Of a stretch of DNA of 64,000 nt, positions 19,632 through 28,554 are shown in pieces. Source of the DNA: Candidatus Latescibacterota bacterium (GTDB taxonomy: Bacteria; Latescibacterota; UBA2968); assembly GCA_965208125.1 (NCBI GenBank), contig OZ242320.1, positions 3,360,001 through 3,424,000 of the forward strand. Reading direction: 5' to 3'. Within the stretch, counting starts at the first letter, position 1; each line of letters begins with the position of its first letter. Both the position numbers and the translations under genes were made by a program. The notes below the pieces were generated by a model. That model searched no databases, was not told the origin of the DNA, and was given only the letters and a program-made list of their open reading frames with translations.

Positions 19632-21356
19632 ATAAATTCCTTTCTTGTAGTCGAGTTTTCCAAGTAGTAATCCGAGAATCTGGGGAAGCAACAGTGCTTG
19701 CTTACCGTAAATCTTTCCTATAGGGTGAACCTTTCCTTGGTGGGCAGCTTGTCCGAGCGTAAGTAGAAGTGATAACGAATTACTGGTGATCGCCCGAACT
19801 GCCCTCATAGTGACCGCTTGCAGGATTGGCCCCTCTTCTAAGAGTAACGCTAGGCCATCCGAAATCTGGAAGTCAAAAGCAATTTCCGCATGTGTGCCCA
19901 TTCGCTTCCAGATCGTGTTTAGACACCAAACCACTTCAGATGGATAGGGTATTAGTGGACGCTTCCAGACGGATTTCTCACCTTTCTGAGAACCGAATTG
20001 ACGAATCATTACTGGCGGCGAATCGCGACATAGTGCTTGCCATTCGTCAGCACTGTTGAGCAGATGTTGAACGGTATAGCGACTGCTGTGTAGCACCTTG
20101 GTCCGAAAGCCATCAGGCTTAGTTAGGACAAAAATGCGCAGTTCAGCATTTCGTGACGATGCAGATTGTCCCTTGAGAGTCTCGGTAACACGACGTGCAC
20201 ATGCCTCAAAACGTAAACCATCGGGATCGGATTGTTCTCTTTTATCGCCGAATAACCCCGCGAGCTCAGGTGTTTCTGTAGGCAGTTCGGAGGGATAGAC
20301 GATCAACATTGCCGACGCATCACCACCGAGCGAGGAAACGTCACACCATGTTTTGCCACGTCGTTCATCTCTTGTGATCCATTCCAGAGCGTTTTTCAGG
20401 TTTTGACGTACTGGCTGCGAGACTTGGAAAGATTTGGCTTCAGCCAGACCATACCGCCGCTGACACGGCGATTCGCCAGACATTGCATGGAGTTTTACAT
20501 TACCCATTACCGACATCTTAACTTCGGGAAACTTGTCATTCATTCCACCGCCTTCCATCGCAAAGGCATCTGTCGCACCTTCGTATCTCTCTTTTTCTAA
20601 GGTTTCCATAGCTAGCAGGCGGTCACTTACCCAAGTTTGAACTTCTGGATGGTTGGCTGGATACGCAAATTGTGATTGATCAACGAGTTCCAGGGTGATC
20701 GCTATATTCTTTGGTGTCTTCCCGGAATGGAAGAACAAAACATCCATCCATTCAGCAGCTTCTGATTGGTCGGACTTTATCCTCTGGATCGCGATTTCTT
20801 TCAATTGTTCATGCAGTGCAGCCCCATTCGTCTTCTTCGCGCGACGCAACAATTCTACAAATGATCGTGATTCAGGGGTACCTTCATCCAAAACTACTGT
20901 TAGATCTTGAGTGACTGAGGATAAACAATCATTCAATTTGTCCATTGCATCTTTGCTGCGTGCGCTTTTTTCGGGGCGAATCCAACCCGACGTACTAACC
21001 GACAGTAGGTGTACCAATTCCTCGTCACGCATCAAGGCATCCGGAGGCTTTTTCGATCCCAATAATTTTTTAAATTTAGCCGCACGTTCCTTTTTCTCAT
21101 CGTTTTCGAACTGTAGCAATGGCGGTACATTGAACGATGGAAACGAGTAACCAGCCGCTTTTTCGTATTTCCGCAATCCTGCACGAATTTGCGGATCGGT
21201 AATCGGCGAAACTTGGGCAACCTGTCCTTGAGTATCGAGTTCGACAAAGAATGCTTTTCCTCCTTGCGGGCATTCTTTGAAGTGCCGATGCCAAGACTGA
21301 AGTTTGACGCCGGTCCGTTCCAGACTCTTGTAAAGAAGAAAGAGTTCATTTATCAT
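19227..21356 (-). CDS. cas8c: Divergent Cas8c-like large subunit
   Basis: Lies between cas5 and cas7; MINEL N-terminus; C-terminal YLIGRLL helical domain. Confidence 0.75.
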   Translation of the reverse strand: MINELFLLYKSLERTGVKLQSWHRHFKECPQGGKAFFVELDTQGQVAQVSPITDPQIRAGLRKYEKAAGYSFPSFNVPPLLQFENDEKKERAAKFKKLLGSKKPPDALMRDEELVHLLSVSTSGWIRPEKSARSKDAMDKLNDCLSSVTQDLTVVLDEGTPESRSFVELLRRAKKTNGAALHEQLKEIAIQRIKSDQSEAAEWMDVLFFHSGKTPKNIAITLELVDQSQFAYPANHPEVQTWVSDRLLAMETLEKERYEGATDAFAMEGGGMNDKFPEVKMSVMGNVKLHAMSGESPCQRRYGLAEAKSFQVSQPVRQNLKNALEWITRDERRGKTWCDVSSLGGDASAMLIVYPSELPTETPELAGLFGDKREQSDPDGLRFEACARRVTETLKGQSASSRNAELRIFVLTKPDGFRTKVLHSSRYTVQHLLNSADEWQALCRDSPPVMIRQFGSQKGEKSVWKRPLIPYPSEVVWCLNTIWKRMGTHAEIAFDFQISDGLALLLEEGPILQAVTMRAVRAITSNSLSLLLTLGQAAHQGKVHPIGKIYGKQALLLPQILGLLLGKLDYKKGIYMKSPPYLIGRLLSLADQLHVQYCREVRKDQIPPQLVGNALMTSAMETPEKALALLWQRIKPYHAWAQTVQGGDEVRLAKYFLSEMGRVCASLSDTDVPSRCSDTDKVAMLLGYLARSEKEKSNDDSSNALTEGE

Positions 21357-21993
21357 AGAGTAGGACTCCATTTTCGATTACGACGTTTTGTCGAAATGTG
21401 GGCTGATAAGTACCAAATTTTGGTTCGGAGAAGACGGAGTGTAGCATGCTTGGAATGACGGTGTTGATTTTTTGACAGACCTTAGTCTCGTCACGAAATG
21501 GTCCTACATAACTTGGCGTAAACTCCTTCCATCCCAAGCAGGGAATAGAATGCCATTGACCACGCATCAATCGGCGTCCAAATATATCTCGATATGCGTG
21601 TGCCCCATTGCGAGAAAGAGTAGGCGATTGCTTCGCGCGTTCTGACAGTCTCCGCATGCCAGGATCCACGGTGACCACCTCAGCGTATAGCCGATAGTTG
21701 ACATTGATCAACACTGTCGCCAGTAGTTGGTAGCTACTTCCCTGCTGCATTATTCTGCTCTTACGCAGAGGCCCGCCATAGTTTGTCGAATATGTGTGGA
21801 ATACAAGAGGTGTGCAGATTTCAACCTTAATTGGCACGACGTGAGCAGACTTGAGCCAACAGATTGATTCAAACATGCCCTTTGCTGCTGAAAATGTTGG
21901 CACCGGATAGCTAACAGGAGCATCACCAGTATCAGGCCGAGTCCACATGGCCGTTGGTCCGGCGATTTCGAATTGCACTGTGTAGGATTTCAT
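21346..21993 (-). CDS. cas5: Cas5 (I-C type, likely pre-crRNA processing)
   Basis: GPTAMWTRP..SYPVPTFSAAKGMFESI and PCLGWKEF; GGAG RBS before ATG 21993; no cas6 in the locus. Confidence 0.9.
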   Translation of the reverse strand: MKSYTVQFEIAGPTAMWTRPDTGDAPVSYPVPTFSAAKGMFESICWLKSAHVVPIKVEICTPLVFHTYSTNYGGPLRKSRIMQQGSSYQLLATVLINVNYRLYAEVVTVDPGMRRLSERAKQSPTLSRNGAHAYRDIFGRRLMRGQWHSIPCLGWKEFTPSYVGPFRDETKVCQKINTVIPSMLHSVFSEPKFGTYQPTFRQNVVIENGVLLYDK

Positions 21994-22106
21994 TATATTC
22001 TCCAAATGTATTACCGAAATTTCGAGCTGGAAGGATTTGCAGAATTCACCAAATATAGTGCAAATATGTTCACTAAACAAGAAAATTTTGAACCTACGAT
22101 ATCCTC

Positions 22107-22171
22107 AAAAGAAATGGTAGAGGAAGGATGTGTATAGAATGGATTGGAGACTATGACGTTGTTCTGATTCC
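22107..22171 (+). repeat. Imperfect ~65-bp direct repeat, left copy
   Basis: Roughly 80% identical by eye to 22667-22731; core AATGGATTGGAGACTATGAC is identical. Confidence 0.8.
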
Positions 22172-22228
22172 ATGATAATTCCGTGCAAAAAAGTTGCTTT
22201 TCGTTCCGAAGTTGGCTATATCTTATTC

Positions 22229-22288
22229 GGCGACCAGATGGGCCGGTGTCAACCGACCCAGGACAATGTCCCTGGCCGCTACTTTTTT
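22229..22288. ncRNA. Candidate three-way-junction structured RNA
   Basis: Three nested helices followed by a T6 tract (details in findings). Confidence 0.4.
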
Positions 22289-22345
22289 GATCTCCTGCTC
22301 ATATATTTTCCCTTTACCGCTTGCGTGAAAAAAGAGGAGTTATTC

Positions 22346-22546
22346 ATGCTCCGCACAGCTTTGGGCATTGTGAGAGACGGTAAAATCGAAATTTTAGAAC
22401 ACATTGCATTACCTGAAGGACAAAGGGTATTGGTCACCATGTTGCCCAACGATGATATTTTTTGGCGGGAAGCCAGCCAGGAAACCCTGAAACAGATTTG
22501 GAACAATAAAGAGGACGATGTGTATGCCCGATTACTTGATAAATGA
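22346..22546 (+). CDS. DUF104/AF2212-like antitoxin
   Basis: GIVRDGKIEILE...LPEGQRVLV; C-terminal W..KEDDVY; GAGGAG RBS. Confidence 0.7.
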   Translation: MLRTALGIVRDGKIEILEHIALPEGQRVLVTMLPNDDIFWREASQETLKQIWNNKEDDVYARLLDK

Positions 22547-22697
22547 TATTAAACCATTGTTGAAGCAGAATGGACAAACGACAGACGCCGATATTGCAAA
22601 ACAGCGGGAAACTGCTCGGCGTATGCGCGAAGCACGCGATAAAATGCCTCCACTTGATATGTCAATAAAAGAGATGGTGGAGGAAGGGCGTGTGTAA
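22524..22697 (+). CDS. 57-aa antitoxin-like protein
   Basis: MPDYLINDIKPLLKQNGQTTDADIAKQRETARRMREARDKMPPLDMSIKEMVEEGRV; the 'IKEMVEEGR' tail resembles Phd/VapB-type antitoxin C-termini. Confidence 0.5.
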   Translation: MPDYLINDIKPLLKQNGQTTDADIAKQRETARRMREARDKMPPLDMSIKEMVEEGRV

Positions 22698-22731
22698 TAA
22701 TGGATTGGAGACTATGACTTTGCTCTGATCC
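22667..22731 (+). repeat. Imperfect ~65-bp direct repeat, right copy (includes the WYL stop codon)
   Basis: Matches 22107-22171. Confidence 0.8.
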
Positions 22732-23704
22732 TCTGATTACTTCCCTTCTCATACATCCTCCCCGCCGCGATCATATCCTTTGCGATGACCTGTCGCAATT
22801 CCTCTGGTTCTATCACCTCGCAATCTGCGCCCCAGCCCCTGATCCAGGGTTTCATTTCCAGCGTGTGACTCACGGTTAATGTCATGAGACAGCCGCCGTC
22901 TGGCAGGTCGTCAATGGTATCGACGCAGGGCCAGTCCGATTCCCGCACGCGGTAGGCCACATTGGGCGAGAATCGGAGTTTGACGACAATGCGTTCATCG
23001 CCACCCATGACGCCCCAGGCTTGCGTGAGATAATCGTAGGGGTCAAAATTGTCGCGAATCTCATAAGATGATTCGAGGATTTTGACCTGCTGCACGCGCT
23101 CGATTTTGAACTCTCGGATGTCGTGGCGCAGATGGTCATACCCGATTACATAACAGGCATATCCCACGGGCGAAGGTTCGATAAAATAAGGGTCAAAGAC
23201 GCGCCTGGTGGTTTCATCGGTGTATGGATTGTAATACGTCAAACGCACCTGTTTGCGTTCAGACCACGCGCTGGTGAATGTTTCCAAAATGCGGATGTAC
23301 TCGCGATGCGGTCTGCGCTTGTGCGTGGCTTCGGCGGTTCGGGTGATGTGTTGACCGATTGATTCGGGAAGCGCGCTGGCGAGTTTTTCAAGTGCCGAGA
23401 CGACATGGGGATTGTGTTTGTCGCTGTGCGCTGAGAGCAATCGGGCTGAGAGATACAGTGCGAGGGATTCGTGCAAGTTCACGCGCACAGATGTGATATA
23501 GCGATCTTTCACAACGCCAAAATGGTGGTCTTCTTCCCAAATCGGCACGCCAGATCGCTCAAGAGAACGCAAGTCGCGATAAGCAGTTGTGCGGTGATAC
23601 CCAAAGCGTTCAGCAATTTCACGAGCAGTTAGCCCTCGAGAAGATTGAAAAAGCAAGTTTTCCAGCATTTTGAGTCGTTCTGCGCGGGTTTCGTCGCGGT
23701 CCAT
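22712..23704 (-). CDS. HTH-WYL-WCX transcriptional regulator
   Basis: N-terminal HTH (TAREIAERFGYHRTTAYRDL), R.FDPY, YVIGYD..REFKIERV and WIRGWG; GGAGG RBS. Confidence 0.92.
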   Translation of the reverse strand: MDRDETRAERLKMLENLLFQSSRGLTAREIAERFGYHRTTAYRDLRSLERSGVPIWEEDHHFGVVKDRYITSVRVNLHESLALYLSARLLSAHSDKHNPHVVSALEKLASALPESIGQHITRTAEATHKRRPHREYIRILETFTSAWSERKQVRLTYYNPYTDETTRRVFDPYFIEPSPVGYACYVIGYDHLRHDIREFKIERVQQVKILESSYEIRDNFDPYDYLTQAWGVMGGDERIVVKLRFSPNVAYRVRESDWPCVDTIDDLPDGGCLMTLTVSHTLEMKPWIRGWGADCEVIEPEELRQVIAKDMIAAGRMYEKGSNQRIRAKS

Positions 23705-23736
23705 AAAACCTCCTGTGTGACAATATAAGACATGGG

Positions 23737-23755
23737 TGTTGCGACTTTCGCTACA
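23737..23755. promoter_or_regulatory. Imperfect palindrome, putative WYL operator
   Basis: TGTTGCGA-CTT-TCGCTACA about 35 bp upstream of the WYL start. Confidence 0.45.
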
Positions 23756-23833
23756 TATAATAAAAAAATCGTGGGATGGGATAAACGGAATCAAAATAGA
23801 GCGCGTTGAGGGTGGGGTTTTAGAGAGGGAAAG

Positions 23834-24319
23834 TTATGGCAGGATAGCGTATTGATCGACAAATTCAGCAGGAGACAAGATGGGAATATTTTGGTATGAA
23901 CCCAAATTCTTAAGATGACGGTCACCAGAGACAATGCACTCGGCTTGAGACTCAACCGCGGCGATGATGACAGTATCGTCTTCGGAGTCGGCTTCAATAG
24001 TTTTGATATCTAAAACGCCAGGGGTGACTCGTGCCTGTCGGCGTAAGGAGCGTAGAAAATCTTGAATTTGTTCGCCAACATCATCAGGGGAAAAGCGGGC
24101 CGAAAGAAACCGGAACAGTGCTGGGCGGTGCAAAACCTCATCTATTTTGTCTATCATAGACTCGGATAGTGCGATAACGAGTTCATCTCGCTTCCAGGCA
24201 GATAAAATACGAGCCGGGGGAGCGAAGTCCTCCCGCCGGCTAATAAGAGCAGAGATCAAAACATTAATATCAAGCACCACCACGGGGCGCGGGTTATCAG
24301 GTGGTTGGGTATTGGGCAT
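23834..24319 (-). CDS. PIN-domain putative toxin
   Basis: VVLDINVLISA, DSEDD and IVSGDRHL motifs. Confidence 0.88.
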   Translation of the reverse strand: MPNTQPPDNPRPVVVLDINVLISALISRREDFAPPARILSAWKRDELVIALSESMIDKIDEVLHRPALFRFLSARFSPDDVGEQIQDFLRSLRRQARVTPGVLDIKTIEADSEDDTVIIAAVESQAECIVSGDRHLKNLGSYQNIPILSPAEFVDQYAILP

Positions 24320-24339
24320 TTACTCGCTTTGCATATGAG

Positions 24340-24612
24340 TTAGCGTTTCACTTCATCTACAGCCTGATCTATCCTGGCGGATAAGTCATCCACATCTTTG
24401 AAAGCTTCTGCTACGCGATCAAAAACGGCAAAATCTTCAGCTTTCTGACGCATATAAGTCCTGTAAGATGCGTAGCGTTCTGCTGGCAATAAAACAGCTA
24501 CTGTTTGGCCTCGGTCATTTTTGACTTCACAGGTTTCGTCAGTAGAACAAAGCGATTGAACAAGCTGACGAAATTTGCTATCACTGTCTTTGAGGTTTAA
24601 AACTTGAGACAT
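24340..24612 (-). CDS. Phd/YefM-like antitoxin
   Basis: F.QLV...RGQTVAVLLPAERY; directly upstream of the PIN gene. Confidence 0.7.
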   Translation of the reverse strand: MSQVLNLKDSDSKFRQLVQSLCSTDETCEVKNDRGQTVAVLLPAERYASYRTYMRQKAEDFAVFDRVAEAFKDVDDLSARIDQAVDEVKR

Positions 24613-24755
24613 AACCAATCCCCCGAGGTTTCGGCCTATTCATCAAAGATTAAAGCACATATAATTGAGAATATACTACAATACACAGGTAGATGCAACG
24701 CACGTAATAAAGTAACCCATTTACGCTTGCCAAGCTGCCGAACCTGCGCGCGGTT

Positions 24756-26126
24756 TTAACTCGGCTGGAACCGAAACGCAAATAGATCCGCGTCCTTGAG
24801 GGTGAAGCGTAACCGCACTGGCTGACCTGCCAGCAGACGCATATCTCCCCTACTCTCCCAACGGACTGTACCGTCAATGGCATCGCCGAATATCTCAGGG
24901 CACTCGTCCAGTGAGAAGCCCGGCTGCGGATGCCCTTCCGTATCCTGGATCTCAACGCGCACAAGTCCCACCGCTGATGTCGAAAAGTTCAATCTCAGAC
25001 TGTCGCCTGTGAAAATGAACGGACGGGTGACGAACTCGCCGCCAGCGTAGCCTGCCCGGACCGACACGAACCCGTCGGTTCGGAGCGAGAATCGACGAAT
25101 ATGGACAGTTGGCAGGCGCCAATTTTCCATACCGTACAGCGAGAGTTCATCGGGTGAAGTTTGCAGAATGCCCCGCTCCATGTACATTCCGCGCTCATGC
25201 CAGTTGCCCTCATCGAGCCCGGGACGGACAAAAGCCTCCATAAAGCTGCGGTCAAAGTGGCGTCCATCGCGGCTGGACATAAACACGATGTCATTCACGC
25301 CTGAACCGTATTTCCAGCCCGGAATTGGCTCGCGTTCTGGCACGAAGCGTGACGGAAACATCAGATATATGCCCGGCGCCCGCTCATAAGGCACGCAGGC
25401 ATTGGTGTAGAGATGTTCATAGGGAATCTCGCCGGTGTCAATCAGTTCAAGCGGTGTCCAATGGCGAAAGTCTTTGGAGGTCGTGCGGCGAATCCAGCGC
25501 ACCCCGTTTATGAAGTTGCCCTTACCCGCCACGCCGCGCGTGTACGCGACATATTCCTCCCGTTCCGCGTCCCAAAAGGCGATATTGTGTGAATCAAAGG
25601 GTTGATCGGTCAGGATTGGTGCATCCTGCATCAGTCGCCAGCGGAGACCGTCAGGCGAGGCCAACGCGAGTACATCACTGGTACGCACAATGGCTTTGTA
25701 CCGTTCTTCGTCTAACGCGTTGGGATTGCCGTCGAGAAACGGCGACATGTTCTTACCCGGTCCCGCCCAGACGAGGTTATTCTCTTTCGAATCTTGAAAT
25801 TCAATCAGTCCGAGTCGTGGCTTCTCCCAATGAACGCCGTCGGTGCTTTCAGCATAGGCGATGAGCGGTTGACGCGTACCGCGAATCGGCATCTTCGGGT
25901 CGCAGCGATACCACGCGCGGAACCGGTCGCCTTCGCGGAACGTTACCATATAGGAAACACCGCCCAGTTCCCACGGATGCTCAGCGGAAATTACAACCTC
26001 GCGACGCACAGGTTCATGCAAGTGCTGCGTAACACCCTGCGCTTCAGCAATCCAGAAATTGTCCACGAATAGTTGGCGGTCTGTGCCGATGTGGATAGGT
26101 GAACTGTTGTTATCTTGTCGTTCCAT
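24756..26126 (-). CDS. Beta-propeller glycoside-hydrolase-like protein (GH32/43-like, uncharacterised)
   Basis: Asp-boxes SxDGxxW (STDGVHW, SPDGLRW, SRDGRHF); C-terminal LRTDGFVS...VRLRF. Confidence 0.6.
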   Translation of the reverse strand: MERQDNNSSPIHIGTDRQLFVDNFWIAEAQGVTQHLHEPVRREVVISAEHPWELGGVSYMVTFREGDRFRAWYRCDPKMPIRGTRQPLIAYAESTDGVHWEKPRLGLIEFQDSKENNLVWAGPGKNMSPFLDGNPNALDEERYKAIVRTSDVLALASPDGLRWRLMQDAPILTDQPFDSHNIAFWDAEREEYVAYTRGVAGKGNFINGVRWIRRTTSKDFRHWTPLELIDTGEIPYEHLYTNACVPYERAPGIYLMFPSRFVPEREPIPGWKYGSGVNDIVFMSSRDGRHFDRSFMEAFVRPGLDEGNWHERGMYMERGILQTSPDELSLYGMENWRLPTVHIRRFSLRTDGFVSVRAGYAGGEFVTRPFIFTGDSLRLNFSTSAVGLVRVEIQDTEGHPQPGFSLDECPEIFGDAIDGTVRWESRGDMRLLAGQPVRLRFTLKDADLFAFRFQPS

Positions 26127-26152
26127 TTTGGACTCTTTCGTTTATAAAAAAA

Positions 26153-27127
26153 TTAAAAAAGGGAGAGTTGAACGGGGTCTTGTTCTGTTGTGGGTTGTGG
26201 GGTGGGTTGTCTGGCGGGTCTGTCCTGAGGATAGCATACGGCTTTGAAGGGACAGGTGGTACACAGGTGGGTGTTTGTCGTCATTGGAAAGGTGTCTTGC
26301 GATGCGGTATTTTGCTCGGTATCGTTGAGGAGGGCGCGCATTTTCTGGACGCTTTCGGTGACGAATATACGGGTCTGGGCGAGGTCGTCAGGAGAGAGGT
26401 CCAGGGTGCGTTCGGCGCTGGTTTGCAGGTAGATGTCCTGGAGTTGCAGGTCGGATAATGCGACGTCCCACTGCGAGGTGGCGTACAGGGCGTACACAGC
26501 GAGTTGGTGGCGGTCGGCCTGGCGTTCGCGCCCGGTTTTCCAGTCGAAGATATAGACCGATGGATCGCGGCGAATTGCCACGTCGAGCACGACCCAGATT
26601 TTGGTACTGGCAAGGGTAAAATCTGTGAGGTCCTCAATGGTGAGATAGTCTTCGGGGCGGGCAGATTGCAGGGTGGTGTAGGCTTTGGAATCGAAAAAAG
26701 CATTGAGACTTGTCGAGATGTGATTGGCCGAATTGATCTGGTCGGTTTCTGTAAAGGGTTCGTTGTAATAGTGTTCAAACAAATTGGTGTATTGAGAGGC
26801 CGAATAGCGCCAGAGATGATCTTTGGATTCTTGCAGACGTTGGTGAAATAAATTTTGCGCGTAGGTCTCGACGGCAAAGGGGAGAATATCGCGTCCCAAT
26901 TTCAGTGCATTGAGTACGTTGCTGATGGCGTCGTGAACCACGGTACCGACAAGTTGCGGTACTGTGGTTATTTTTTTTAGGCGATAGAGCAATTGGGTCT
27001 GCGCGTCTGCGCCTTTGTCCCAGCCACCCCAGCTGCCGTAGTAGTTGAAGTAGTATTGTCGCTTGCACGATTCAAACATGCGATGGCGCGAAGGCGACCA
27101 GGAAAATTCGTTTTGGAAATTGGACAT
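26153..27127 (-). CDS. PD-(D/E)XK nuclease (AddB/Cas4-like with Fe-S Cys pattern)
   Basis: SPS..C.RQYY, GTVVH, LD..IFDWKTG, QLAVYA and CTTCPFKAVC; C-terminal QLSLF. Confidence 0.85.
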   Translation of the reverse strand: MSNFQNEFSWSPSRHRMFESCKRQYYFNYYGSWGGWDKGADAQTQLLYRLKKITTVPQLVGTVVHDAISNVLNALKLGRDILPFAVETYAQNLFHQRLQESKDHLWRYSASQYTNLFEHYYNEPFTETDQINSANHISTSLNAFFDSKAYTTLQSARPEDYLTIEDLTDFTLASTKIWVVLDVAIRRDPSVYIFDWKTGRERQADRHQLAVYALYATSQWDVALSDLQLQDIYLQTSAERTLDLSPDDLAQTRIFVTESVQKMRALLNDTEQNTASQDTFPMTTNTHLCTTCPFKAVCYPQDRPARQPTPQPTTEQDPVQLSLF

Positions 27128-27130
27128 GTT

Positions 27131-28405
27131 TCAATAAAGCGCGTTTAAGACATCGAAATACGTCGGAAATGTTTTGTTGACGCAGTCGGGGTCGTTTATG
27201 ACAATGCCGGGGATTTTTAGTCCGATCAGCGATAGGCTCATCGCCATGCGGTGATCGTCATACGTGTCCAGTGCCGAGGATTGGATGTGGTCTGCTGGAT
27301 AGACTGTGAGGCCATCGGCGCGGGTATCAACGCGCACGCCGAGTTTGTTCAGTTCGGTTTTGAGTGCGGCGATGCGGTCGGTTTCGTGGAGGCGGAGGAC
27401 GGCTACGTTGCGTACGCGGATTGGAGCAGACGCAAATGGAGCCATCGCGCACAGGGTTGGCACGATGTCGGGCGTGGCGTTCATGTCGATGTCGAGTCCC
27501 GACAGGCGGCCTGTTCCGCGCACTTCAATGCCTTCGGGGTCTTTGTTTACCTCACATCCCATTTTGGAGAGGATATCGACAAAGCCAATGTCGCCTTGAA
27601 TGGATTGCGCCGTTAAATTGGGTATGCGCACGCGACCACCTGTGAGTGCGGCTGCGGCAAAAAAGTAAGAGGCGTTGGACGCATCGGGTTCGATCTGGTA
27701 GGTGCGGGAATGATAGCGCTGGCCTGCGCGTGCTGTGAAAGAGCGGTAATTATTATTGGTGACTTCAATGCCAAAATCGCGCATGACGGCAATGGTGAGG
27801 TCGATATACGGTTTGGATACGAGGTCGCCTTTGACGTGGATTTCGACATCACTTTGGGCATAGGAAGCTACCTGAAGCAGAGCCGTGAAATACTGGCTGC
27901 TTTTGTTGCCGTTCATGGTGGTGCGGCCGCCCTTGAGGCCAGAGGCGACGATGAGCGCGGGGGGGCATAGCCCGTCTTTGCCTTCACAACGCGCGGTTAC
28001 GCCGAGGGGGGTGAGGCCGTCGAGGAGGTCCTGGATAGGGCGCTCGCGCATCCGTTCGACGCCGTCTATGGTATAGGTTCCAGTGCCGAGGCAGAGATAT
28101 GCCGCGAGAAAGCGCGCTGAGGTGCCCGAGTTGCCAATGTGGAGTTCTGCGCGGTCAGCGGGAATAAGCCCGCCTGTGCCATAGACGCTAAATGCGTTAT
28201 CTGATTCATCTACGCGAATGCCCAGATCGCGCAAGGCATTTGCCATATACCGCGTGTCATCGCTCATGAGTGCGTTGTTGAGGTGGCTGATACCATCTGC
28301 AAGGGCGGCAATTAGCAGAACGCGGTTGGTGATGCTTTTAGAACCCGGAATCGCGACATCTGCATCAACTGGGGCTTTCATGGATCGGATTTTAAGAGTT
28401 TTCAT
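27131..28405 (-). CDS. aroA: EPSP synthase
   Basis: PGSKSITNR, GNSGT, SSQY, RLHETDR and DDHRMAM motifs. Confidence 0.97.
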   Translation of the reverse strand: MKTLKIRSMKAPVDADVAIPGSKSITNRVLLIAALADGISHLNNALMSDDTRYMANALRDLGIRVDESDNAFSVYGTGGLIPADRAELHIGNSGTSARFLAAYLCLGTGTYTIDGVERMRERPIQDLLDGLTPLGVTARCEGKDGLCPPALIVASGLKGGRTTMNGNKSSQYFTALLQVASYAQSDVEIHVKGDLVSKPYIDLTIAVMRDFGIEVTNNNYRSFTARAGQRYHSRTYQIEPDASNASYFFAAAALTGGRVRIPNLTAQSIQGDIGFVDILSKMGCEVNKDPEGIEVRGTGRLSGLDIDMNATPDIVPTLCAMAPFASAPIRVRNVAVLRLHETDRIAALKTELNKLGVRVDTRADGLTVYPADHIQSSALDTYDDHRMAMSLSLIGLKIPGIVINDPDCVNKTFPTYFDVLNALY

Positions 28406-28525
28406 AAGTATGAAAATAAATTAAAAATCAAAAATGAACAAGGCACAATAGTTTCCCTGTCGGTGTTTTTTCGATGTCCTGTTTTAATGGCGCATACGCA
28501 CGTTCTCACCCTGCCATTCTGACGC

Positions 28526-28554
28526 TTGATTTTTCTAGATACTGGTTTTAGATT
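28526..28554 (+). promoter_or_regulatory. Putative sigma70 promoter of dnaE
   Basis: TTGATT-N17-TAGATT. Confidence 0.45.

Noticed and set aside
22006-22137. 43-codon plus-strand ORF ending in KEMVEEGCV
   Set aside because: No RBS; similarity is limited to the direct-repeat remnant
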